Assembly: GCA_017551515.1 (NCBI GenBank)
Contig: JAFZLK010000038.1
Coordinates: 16,064-80,063 of the forward strand
Source: Bacteroidales bacterium
GTDB taxonomy: Bacteria; Bacteroidota; Bacteroidia; Bacteroidales; ML635J-15
Length of the DNA stretch: 64,000 bases
Direction: 5' to 3'
The notes under the pieces were generated by a model. The model saw only the letters and a program-made list of their open reading frames with translations, had not been told where the DNA came from and did no database searches. The translations under genes and the position numbers were made by a program. This document shows, piece after piece, positions 52,579-61,800 of the stretch. Every line of letters begins with the position of its first letter. The first letter of the stretch is position 1.

Positions 52579-53613
52579 CTAGTACTCCACTTCACATTCG
52601 ACACTATATCCCGCCTTCAGGCGTTCCAAATCTTCGGGAGAATTTTCATCGAGCGATATGCGGACAGTCAGGCGTTGCTCAACTTTGACGAAATTGCCTG
52701 TCGCATTATCCACCGGCAACAACGAAAAGGCACTACCTGTTGCATCGGACAAGCATTCGACACGACCTTTGTAATGAATATCTGGGACTGCATCAACATT
52801 TATCTTCACTACTGCGCCATCATGAATATTGGGCAACTGACTTTCTCTGTAGTTGGCTTCAACCCATTTCTGCCGCTCGTCCACTATGCTTACAAGCGTT
52901 TGCCCCGGATTCACCAATTGTCCGACATTAATATCACGACTGCCGACTACACCACTATGCGTGGCAATAATGTAACAATACGACAGATTCAATTCCGCCA
53001 ACTCCACAGCCGACTGCGCCAATGACACCGCCGCTTCCGTTGCTGAACGGTTATATCCTTGCTCGTCGGCCATACTGCGTTGCATTTCGATGGTATGTGA
53101 TATTTGTTCGTAGCGGGCTTTGGCGGAAAGATATGCCGTGTGTGTCTGCTCGTAATGCTGTTGTGAAACGGAACCTGTACGCAATAACTGTTCGCAGCGA
53201 TAATCGTCCCGTTCCAGATTTTCCATATTCACCTGCGCCTCGTCTTTCATCGCCAGAGTGACATTGATATTGTTGTTTGCAGTACGGACAGAAGAACCAG
53301 CCTGTTTGCTTTGCTGATTTGCGCGTGCAAGGTCACTTTTGGCTTGCGCCAAACGCAAACGATACTCGCTATCTTCGATGACGACAAGCGTATCGCCCTC
53401 GTTCACATGCTGGTATGAATCGAAACGGATTTCCTTTATAAATCCCTGTATGCGCGTATTTTGCGGTGCAATATACTGGCATACACGAGCATTATCGGTG
53501 TATTCGATGCGCCCGAAATGTGTGAATTGAAGAACTACATACATAACCCCTGCCAGCAGTAATACCATTATGACAGTATTGTACAAATACGAACGGATTT
53601 TGATTCTATCCAT
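52579..53613 (-). CDS. HlyD/EmrA-family membrane fusion (periplasmic adaptor) protein
   Basis: 344 aa. An N-terminal TM anchor is followed by the lipoyl-like GDTLVVIED, a coiled-coil (LAQAKSDLARA...) and then IATHSGVVGSRDINVGQLVNPGQ. Confidence 0.8.
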   Translation of the reverse strand: MDRIKIRSYLYNTVIMVLLLAGVMYVVLQFTHFGRIEYTDNARVCQYIAPQNTRIQGFIKEIRFDSYQHVNEGDTLVVIEDSEYRLRLAQAKSDLARANQQSKQAGSSVRTANNNINVTLAMKDEAQVNMENLERDDYRCEQLLRTGSVSQQHYEQTHTAYLSAKARYEQISHTIEMQRSMADEQGYNRSATEAAVSLAQSAVELAELNLSYCYIIATHSGVVGSRDINVGQLVNPGQTLVSIVDERQKWVEANYRESQLPNIHDGAVVKINVDAVPDIHYKGRVECLSDATGSAFSLLPVDNATGNFVKVEQRLTVRISLDENSPEDLERLKAGYSVECEVEY

Positions 53614-53781
53614 GATAACCCTATTTTTTTGTTAAACAATTAACCTTCTGGAATATTATAGGGCTACCCCTCGCCTTTGCCAAGGCTTGTTTTTTGCAGT
53701 ATTTTGCCTAATTATAGGCTATATATACTGAAATCGGGTGCAAAAGTAATGTTTTTTAAAATTTTGACAAAAAAAAATTCG

Positions 53782-53789
53782 CAAAACTA
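53782..53789 (-). promoter_or_regulatory. -7 box for the HlyD/transporter operon (part of the repeated promoter module)
   Basis: The plus strand reads CAAAACTA (minus TAGTTTTG), ~170 nt upstream of the ATG at 53613. Confidence 0.35.
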
Positions 53790-53862
53790 CACGCCACCTA
53801 CGTCAAAATCTGACCGATGTTTATTATTTAGGGCAAATATGCAATTAGAAATAACCTTTAAA

Positions 53863-55350
53863 TTAAATCAAAAATCGCATTACAAATTCTTTTGCCTTGT
53901 CTTCTGTGATATTTGACAAACCAGCCTTTGTAATGTCATCGTGCTCCGTAGTACCTTTGCGAATGATATACTTACGCTCATTGCCGTCAATTGTGGCTAA
54001 CAAATGATAATTGCCTTTGTATGCAGCCTCAATTCGTACATTATCAATGTTATGTCCAAATATGTTTTCAAACGAATAAGTTCTCTTGACATTGACCAAT
54101 CCCCACGCGGAAAGATGCTCCGACAGACAATTTTCTATCCGACCTATCCATTCTTCCCCGACACCGTTCTTTTGCGCCAGCGACCTAAATGACGATACCG
54201 ACTCGGCAACTTTTCTGATTATGGATTTAGGCGCACGAATACCAGAATCGTGAGCAAAAGAGATAATATCTTCGTAACTTATATCCCTAATTTTGCCGCC
54301 AATCGACAAACAATGTTCCTTGTTTGGCAGATAACCGCCATTGTCGAAGATATAAGTCATGTCGTAAGCGGGCGAAAGTCGCCAAACGCCATTGCGATTC
54401 ATAATAAACGTAAAGTTCTTGTTGTGGTCATCTGTGTTGTTGGCAAGTATGTTGAACACAAGTCTGCGGTACAACTCCTCGCAGTCCACCTCAGGAAGGT
54501 GCAATTTTCTGCATACCGACATAAGTTTTTCATAACTGTCGGCTTCGGGGTCCATCGCAGCCAAAGTCTGTATATGCAGTTTGCCGGAACTATCCCTGTC
54601 GAATCTTTGGGTAAGAAAATGTTTCGTTCCCTCCACATCAAGAAGTTTGGATTCCATCATATTAATGCCCGACAACAAAGCCATATCGTAATATGTTTGC
54701 TCCAGTTCTGCCGAGGAGCGTAACTTATCACCGAATTTCAACAGATAATAGTCGTATTCTGGATTAATGTCAATTTGTCCCGAACGAATTTCGCCAGTTT
54801 CCCTATTAATGGCAATTATACCCTTTGGTTGACGTCCGCCCGCAGATGTTCCCAATGCAATCAACGACTGCAAGGTAATTGACTCTTCGGAAAGTATTTT
54901 CACATTTTCACGTTCAATAGCAATCCTTTCGGCAAGGACGGATAGTGCTTTTAGGTCGATGTTGCCTGTAATTGTATCTCGCTCAATTTCTGGCACGAAC
55001 TCCAATGCTCCCATTCCACGTTTACCGATGAAAGCCAACTTCTCCAAAGGTGTAACGCTATTCTCCGAGAGATGATTGTCCTTTCGCCATTGTTCAAAGA
55101 GCAAATTGCCCCAAGCGTCGGGCAAAGAGTCGGCAATGAATGAAGGCAACTTTTGGTATATGCGTTCCGTTTCACCGAAAATTGCACGGGTACTTGATGG
55201 ATTATATATGGATGCCGTCAAAGGCGCAACATCTAAATTTCCACGAAGAAATTCGGGATTGTATGTAAAATAGGACAAATGCCGGCTATCGTGCCATGCT
55301 AGCCGACCGATTTCCACGCCCCAAAGGAATACTTTTAGCATCTGTTTCAT
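53863..55350 (-). CDS. hipA: HipA-family serine/threonine kinase toxin with a ~75-aa C-terminal extension
   Basis: The N-terminal coupling domain is GRLAW...YFTYNPEF. GGRQPKG is present. The kinase core is LVFNILANNTDDHNKNFTF...WRLSPAYDM. The ATG overlaps the hipB stop (ATGA). Confidence 0.8.
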   Translation of the reverse strand: MKQMLKVFLWGVEIGRLAWHDSRHLSYFTYNPEFLRGNLDVAPLTASIYNPSSTRAIFGETERIYQKLPSFIADSLPDAWGNLLFEQWRKDNHLSENSVTPLEKLAFIGKRGMGALEFVPEIERDTITGNIDLKALSVLAERIAIERENVKILSEESITLQSLIALGTSAGGRQPKGIIAINRETGEIRSGQIDINPEYDYYLLKFGDKLRSSAELEQTYYDMALLSGINMMESKLLDVEGTKHFLTQRFDRDSSGKLHIQTLAAMDPEADSYEKLMSVCRKLHLPEVDCEELYRRLVFNILANNTDDHNKNFTFIMNRNGVWRLSPAYDMTYIFDNGGYLPNKEHCLSIGGKIRDISYEDIISFAHDSGIRAPKSIIRKVAESVSSFRSLAQKNGVGEEWIGRIENCLSEHLSAWGLVNVKRTYSFENIFGHNIDNVRIEAAYKGNYHLLATIDGNERKYIIRKGTTEHDDITKAGLSNITEDKAKEFVMRFLI

Positions 55351-55658
55351 AATTTGTTATGCCGCACGCGTTGCGTTTTTTTATTGTTTTCTTTGTACAA
55401 ATAAGGTGATTCCGGCTGTTCGGGCATCAGCATATCAAGGTCGTTAATGCATCCAACCGCTTTCAAAAGCAAAAGAAAAGTGCCGAGCGAAATATTATTG
55501 GCAGTGCCGTTTTCGAAACGATGAATCGTCAGAATGGACAGTCCTGTCGCTTCTGCCACTTCTTTCTGTGTCATATTGGCTCTCAGACGATAATCCTTAA
55601 AACGGATTCCTAATAGCCTTACCAATTCCGGTGATGAATATTTAGAATAATCATTCAT
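55347..55658 (-). CDS. hipB: XRE-family HTH antitoxin (HipB-like)
   Basis: 103 aa. The HTH region is LRANMTQKEVAEATGLSILTIHRFENG. It lies upstream of hipA and overlaps it. Confidence 0.75.
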   Translation of the reverse strand: MNDYSKYSSPELVRLLGIRFKDYRLRANMTQKEVAEATGLSILTIHRFENGTANNISLGTFLLLLKAVGCINDLDMLMPEQPESPYLYKENNKKTQRVRHNKL

Positions 55659-55846
55659 TTAACTTTAATTATATGATAATTTAACTATTAAAAATAGCAT
55701 TAATATTACATATATGTAAATTTATTTTGCAAACATACAAAAAGTTTTTTAATGATGATGCAAAAATTAAAAAAGATAATTTCAATAAAGCGGGTGTTTG
55801 TTGCAATGTTTTGAAATTAAGTATATTACAAACGATATAATTTTAC

Positions 55847-55881
55847 ATCATACAATTTTACATGATATAGTATTGTATGAT
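55847..55881. promoter_or_regulatory. Perfect 10-bp inverted repeat upstream of the ATPase gene (candidate operator)
   Basis: ATCATACAAT (55847-55856) and ATTGTATGAT (55872-55881) are separated by 15 nt. The site lies 34 nt upstream of the ATG at 55915, in the hipB/ATPase divergent region. Confidence 0.35.
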
Positions 55882-55914
55882 ATAATTTTATTATATTCGC
55901 AAAAAATTTGAAAC

Positions 55915-57048
55915 ATGAAGATTCCATTTGCAAGCGGGAAGATATTGGAGGACAGAGACTTCACTGCTAGAGAGGAAGAAATTGTCCGTCTGAAAACGAA
56001 TTTCCAGTCACTAACCAATACGGTTGTTGTTTCTCCACGTCGTTGGGGAAAATCATCTATGGTGGCTAAAGCCATAAAATCTTTCAAGACGGAACAAAAC
56101 GACTTTTTATTTGTAAGAATGAATATTTTCAAATGCGCAACGCCACAAGAATTTTATGCCGTTTTTGCGCAAAAAATTATCGAGGAAATTTCACCTTCTG
56201 CAGAATCGCTTCTTTCAAACGCCAAGGAGTATATTTCTCACTTGCTTCCAAAGTTGACTCTTTCAGACCAAACAGGAAAATATGAAATCTCTTTGGGCAT
56301 AGACCTGAAAAACAATCCTATTGAGGATGATGTTTTGGACTTGCCACAGCAAATTGCCACACTAAAAAATAAAAAGGTTGTTGTCTGCATTGATGAGTTC
56401 CAGCAAATTGGGGATTTTTCAGACACGCTAAAATTTCAAAAGATACTTCGCAGCCACTGGCAGGGACAATCTGATGTCGCATATATACTTTGCGGTTGTA
56501 AAAGGCATATAATGATGAACATCTTCGATGGAAGCGACAATCCTCTTCATCACTTTGGAGATGTGATATATCTGCAGAAAATAACCAATGACGAATGGAA
56601 AAAGTTTATTGTTGGCAGATTTAAGGATACTGGCAAATCCATTTCAACAGACCTTGCCTGCTACCTTGCAGAACAAGTTGAAAATCACCCATATTATGTC
56701 CAGCAACTTGCACAATACACATGGTTGCGCACAATAGACTTCTGCTCAAAAGACATAGTTGATGAGGCCTTGCAGACGATGATGAATTCGCTCAATTTGC
56801 AGTTTGTCAACATAATGGATTCATTAACCGAAAAGCAACGAAATTTTTTGTGTGCAATATGCGACGGCGTGGTAAACTTCTCTGCTTCAGACACTCTATC
56901 CCGCTACAAACTTGGCACCAGTGGAAATATTCGCATCATAAAGGATGCATTAAAAAAACGCGACCTTATTGATGAAACAGGCAAAGACATCCAAATCCAA
57001 GACCCGATTTTTAAATTGTGGATTATTAGAGAGTTTGCCAAAATGTAA
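55915..57048 (+). CDS. ATP-binding protein of the archaeal-type ATPase (PF01637-like) family
   Basis: 377 aa. FTAREEEI...VVVSPRRWGKSSMV is Walker A-like and VVVCIDEFQQI is Walker B. The C-terminal region is wHTH-like. Confidence 0.65.
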   Translation: MKIPFASGKILEDRDFTAREEEIVRLKTNFQSLTNTVVVSPRRWGKSSMVAKAIKSFKTEQNDFLFVRMNIFKCATPQEFYAVFAQKIIEEISPSAESLLSNAKEYISHLLPKLTLSDQTGKYEISLGIDLKNNPIEDDVLDLPQQIATLKNKKVVVCIDEFQQIGDFSDTLKFQKILRSHWQGQSDVAYILCGCKRHIMMNIFDGSDNPLHHFGDVIYLQKITNDEWKKFIVGRFKDTGKSISTDLACYLAEQVENHPYYVQQLAQYTWLRTIDFCSKDIVDEALQTMMNSLNLQFVNIMDSLTEKQRNFLCAICDGVVNFSASDTLSRYKLGTSGNIRIIKDALKKRDLIDETGKDIQIQDPIFKLWIIREFAKM

Positions 57049-57101
57049 TTGATAATATTGTAGATTCCTAAGGGTGATAATTACGGAAATGTGCGCCAAA
57101 T

Positions 57102-57920
57102 TCATAGAATACTAGGTTCGCACTCTGTAAACATTATCTTCGTGCAGAAAACCTGCTGGTCGCCAACTTTTCCTTCGATTATGGATGAGCGGACAATGGG
57201 TTTCCCCAATGCATCAACCAAGCCATCGGGATCCACGTCAATCATGTATATATCAAGAATTTCGCCTGCGTAAGTTTCATGATTAAAAGTTATCATCACA
57301 TCCGCAACAGACATTTTGCACATTTCGTCACAAGAGAAGCAGTCGGTGGCATAATGGATATAACGTGCATTGTTGGTATGCGCATTAAGGTCGATGTCGG
57401 AATAGCCCAACTTAACGCTTTGCACCAAACGAGGTTCCGCGGTACGAGGCATCATGACTTTCGGCGCAGGTTTTTCAAGAATGTCTTCGTGACAAGCAGA
57501 ATCCTCGGGAATCATGTCAACAAAATCCGCTATTCGCACCATCGATCTCTTAACAGTATCAAGCACCACCCACGAACTTGTGCCAATAACCTTTTGAAAA
57601 CCATTGATGTCGCAAATAGAAAAATCCCTGATAAAAAAGGGGCCGACAATACCTTTGTGCCAGGTCGAAATCACAAGTTCATCTTTCCATCGAGGCATAT
57701 CCACAAACCTGAAATGCATACGGGAAAGCACCCATGCCATGTTCTTCTTAATCAAATCACCGTATCCGAAACCAAGAACATCGGCTGCACGAGTTGCCAT
57801 CTCCTGTGCAATATTCATAAAAGCTACTGGCCTGATTCTCAAAGTAGAATCGACATCATAACAAGGAACCACATCCATCACGATGTACTTTCCGCCAATC
57901 AATTCGTAATCCTTCACCAT
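57102..57920 (-). CDS. Acyl-ACP thioesterase
   Basis: 273 aa from the ATG at 57920. IRPVAFMNIAQEMATRAA, MAWVLSRMHFRF, WKDELVISTW and YSDIDLNAHTNNARYI show the double hotdog layout. Confidence 0.8.
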   Translation of the reverse strand: MVKDYELIGGKYIVMDVVPCYDVDSTLRIRPVAFMNIAQEMATRAADVLGFGYGDLIKKNMAWVLSRMHFRFVDMPRWKDELVISTWHKGIVGPFFIRDFSICDINGFQKVIGTSSWVVLDTVKRSMVRIADFVDMIPEDSACHEDILEKPAPKVMMPRTAEPRLVQSVKLGYSDIDLNAHTNNARYIHYATDCFSCDEMCKMSVADVMITFNHETYAGEILDIYMIDVDPDGLVDALGKPIVRSSIIEGKVGDQQVFCTKIMFTECEPSIL

Positions 57921-57974
57921 ACCAAAAATCTTACCGACAAAAGTAAACAAATTTTCGTTACTTTTGTCTCCCGT

Positions 57975-58409
57975 ATGGACTATGAAAAATATATGAAAAT
58001 TGCCCTTCAGGAAGCGCGCGAAGCAGAATTGGAGGGGGAAGTACCTATCGGAGCTGTTGTTGTTTGCGGAGACAAGGTAATTGCAAAAGCGCACAACCTT
58101 ACCGAACACCTGCACGATGTGACAGCTCACGCCGAAATAATGGCAATTACAGCCGCCGAGGATTACATGAACGCAAAATATCTAACCGACTGCACTTTGT
58201 TTGTGACCGTAGAGCCATGCGTAATGTGCGCAGGAGCAATAGCATGGGCACAATTAGCCGAGGTAGTGTACGGCGCAAAAGACGAAAAACGCGGGTTTTC
58301 GATGTATTCGAGCCAAATTCTACACCCAAAAACAAAGTTGACCACAGGAATCCTTACAAAAGAATGCGAAAATATTATGAAAGATTTTTTCGCTAAAAAA
58401 AGACGCTAA
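57975..58409 (+). CDS. tadA: tRNA adenosine(34) deaminase
   Basis: MKIALQEAREA...EVPIGAVVV, TAHAEIMAI and VEPCVMCAGAI form the zinc-binding HAE/PCxxC signature. The upstream part of the 376-aa track ORF is antisense to the thioesterase and was rejected. Confidence 0.9.
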   Translation: MDYEKYMKIALQEAREAELEGEVPIGAVVVCGDKVIAKAHNLTEHLHDVTAHAEIMAITAAEDYMNAKYLTDCTLFVTVEPCVMCAGAIAWAQLAEVVYGAKDEKRGFSMYSSQILHPKTKLTTGILTKECENIMKDFFAKKRR

Positions 58410-58428
58410 ACCATTTTGCAATCAATCT

Positions 58429-58824
58429 ATATTATTGTTGTCCGCTAAATCCAGTCAAAGTCATCCGGAAAGCTGAACGAACAGCAAAAGGAACGTTGCT
58501 TGTGAGTTCGCTTGTCCGGAACGTTGCTAGCAACCTCACGAAGTAATCTACTCAGTAATAATCCGTTAGCAGATTACAGATAGCAATCTTCACAACGCTC
58601 CACATTCCGTATCGCGTGAATGTTTGCTTCGCAGATGCTTTTTGCGCCTTAAGCAAACAAGTTTGTTCTGCCTTCGGCTATCAAAGCATTACGACTAGCT
58701 TCCGTACCTTTAGCTCACGCAGTGAAGCAAGTAAATGACAACTACTGCTACCTAAATGTTCTTGTAAACAAATGATAATAATAGACTTACAATATGAGTC
58801 AGATTTTTTAGCGGACAATAATAT
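58429..58824. repeat. ORF-free ~400-bp island bounded by ~18-bp inverted repeats
   Basis: The left end is ATATTATTGTTGTCCGCTAAA (58429-58449). The right end is TTTAGCGGACAATAATAT (58807-58824), which is the reverse complement apart from a 3-nt indel. Several internal perfect 7-8-bp stems are present. No ORF of 60 aa or more occurs in any frame. Confidence 0.55.
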
Positions 58825-61800
58825 TTACCTAAATATCGTTACCCTCCGTGTCGCAACCTTACCCTCGATGGAAATTATCTGAACATTGTACAGGCCAGAA
58901 TTCCATCCATCGCAATGGATTTCAATATGTTCGGATTCGTTGTTTTCGATTTCGTCAACAATCTGACCAACTGTATTGTATATCCTTACCGTTGCAATCT
59001 GTGAGCCTTCGATGAAGAACTGACCGCTGGTCGGATTAGGGTAAACGCTCAGGTTGTTTTCTGTCCATTCGGCTATGTCATCGACAAACAGGCACTCCTC
59101 GTTGGATAATGCTACCATCCTGTATTCGCATACCGACTTAACCCAGTAGCAATAGTATGAAGCAGAGTCTACCTTGTCGTAATAGGAGGTTTCGGTTGTC
59201 AATCCAATTGGCATACCATTTCTGTAAACCTTGTAGCTGAACGCATCGCTGGTTCCAGTCCAGTTGAGTGCAACAGAGCTTCCGATTGCTTCAACCTTCA
59301 GAACAGGTGATTCTGCGCATATTCCCGGAACTATCCTCATGCAGGTTGTCGATGAAATTTCGTTGCACAGGTCATTTTCTAGATAACCAGTAATTGTATA
59401 ACAGTAGTTGGTTTCGGGAGCAACATCCAAATCTATGTAAATGTTATCGTATAGAACTTCATCCACGGCGTTGTCATCCCTAGTGATGCGGAAATATTCA
59501 ACGCCGGCAGGTTTGTTCCATTCAACATAAATTGCGTCTCCGTCGCTTTCGGTTTCCACCATTATGTAAACATCGCATGAAGGATCATAAATGTCGGCGC
59601 ATACGGTTTCTGAAGCACTCGACATGCAGGTGTATTCGTCAACATACATTGTCCTTACATTGAAGCAATGTTCACCAGCCGAAAGTCCTGCAATTGTTAT
59701 AGTGTTTTCTGTGGTGGTGTCGATTGCAAATCGGGAGTTGTCGCAGAAAACAAGGTAGGATACCGAATTGTAGTCGCCTTGTTCAGTCGGTTGCCATTCC
59801 AAAGTGACTGAGTTGGCTGCATTTGTTACGGCAGTAAGTTGTTGTACAGCCTCGCATTCGGGAGCGATTGATGAAACAGAAACATTCAAGTCGCTCGACT
59901 GGTTTCCTACAACAGCTATACGGTATCTTATGGTGGCATTGAAGTCGCCAACATTTGTCGTATATTCCTGCATATTAATTGTCACGCTTTCATTTGGCAG
60001 AAGTTCTCCGCTCTTTCTATCGGAAATAACAACGCTATTGGTTTGACCAATTTCGTATGTTGCGATGGTGTTGTTGCCCAATGGGTTCTGAACATCGGCA
60101 AGCAGGACGAACTTGCCATCCATTATCTGCTCCGATGCGCAAATACCGCCAGCAAGCGATGCATCACCAAGTTCTATGTCGTCAAGATAGTGAGTCTTGT
60201 CGGTGTATTCGCCACTACTGATGCTGAACTGACGTATGCATGCCGACGGACCGTTGTCTTCCGAGGTCTGCGAGAACAACCACAGATAAGGACCGTCTGG
60301 CGACAGGTTGTCGTATGCCGAACTGTAAACATTCATCAAGTCATCGCGGATTTGCGTTGATACGCCAGTAGCGGTGTCGATAGTGAAAAGCGAGTTCCAA
60401 TCACCAGCAAGCAGGTTTCCATTCTGTCTGTCGAACGAGCAGTGACGGATGTTACTAATGTCGGTCGTTATGCTATCAACCAACATCTGGTTGTCGAGGT
60501 CGAGTTTGAAGATAATGTTGGTGGTTTCTGTTCCATAGAAATATCTTCCATCGTATGACAAATTCCTAATCATACCGACATTCTCAATATAGAAGGTTTC
60601 AATGTACTCGCCATCGGGAGTGTAGCGGTTGAACTCACCCGGACGTTGCCACGACGAGGTGTAGATGAAGAATCCATCTGTTGTGATTGCCTGTTCGGCA
60701 TTGAACTGGGTTGTGAAAGTCTGAATGCTGTCCCAGAGTGCCCGCGAATTTCTGCTGCGGTGGAAATCTTCCTGTTCGGGCAGAAGTTCAAGGTTATCGT
60801 AGTCGGTAACAGAACTCCAAATTAGCGGTGTTTGACTTACATTGCTAATGGTTATAGAGTCGTTGTGTGCCAGATATGGGTAAGTCGTTGCCGAAATGTC
60901 ATTGACGTTCGTTGTAATCTGAGGCATAACCAGTTCGATATTTAATACTGTATCCGTTTGAATGTCAATCATTTCGTTATATGATGCATATCCAGTTGCC
61001 AAAACTTTCATCACCCAGTTTCCTCGAGGAACCGACAACGAGTACTCGCCCTCGGTGTTAGTCCTTGTAAACTCGGTGCCAATGGTTACCCTTGCATTTG
61101 GAATTGCTGTACCAGTGCCGGCATCGGTTATTATACCCGAAACTATTCCGTAGCAGTCGTCAAGGTCGATAAGGTGTACTGTTACAGTCGAGTCGCAACC
61201 ATTGACATCGACGAATGTCTGTACATAGTCGCCTAGTTCGGTGTAGGTTTGCCCGTTCCACTCGAATACCTCACAAGCAGTCTGCTCTAGTTCAACTCTC
61301 GGCGGATGGTTCAATGTGAGGTGCAAACTATATGCACTGTCGGCATACTCTTCATAGAAGAATCTGCGGACATAATCACCACTTTCCGTAAAGGTTGTAT
61401 CGTAGTATGTGTAATCGTCACCGCATAGTGTTATGGTGTCGAAAGCGGCATATATTGTTGTTCCTCTTATACAACGAACGCTATTGCCAACTTGCTTAAG
61501 TGCGAAAGCAACATCTAAACTAGTGCTGGAATACACAATGTCATAATTTGCTACCGCGTTTACCATTCCATCTATAGTTGACAAATTTGTCTCTGTAGTT
61601 GTCCAAAATGATGCTTCTTCGCCGAAATGTCTGAAATCACCATAGAATCCTCCAGCAGGCAAAGCATTGAAACCACTGGTGCTGAAATAGTACGAATCAG
61701 TAAGTTTGCCACTGCTCCACAAATAATCTTCACCTGCCATTTGCGCTCCTGCATCATCAAATAAACCACTACCGAGTTCATTATTAAGTTCTTGCCATTC

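Noticed and set aside
58410-58824. The idea that the ORF-free island is tmRNA, RNase P RNA or a DGR template repeat for the adjacent giant gene.
   Set aside because: I found no GGGG..5' end or T-arm/CCA end and no alanine-tag ORF (tmRNA). There is no GGAAAGTCCGG-type P4 core on either strand (RNase P). No reverse transcriptase gene occurs in the window, and I noticed no similarity between the island and the 3' end of the giant gene (DGR). It remains unexplained and is reported as a finding.
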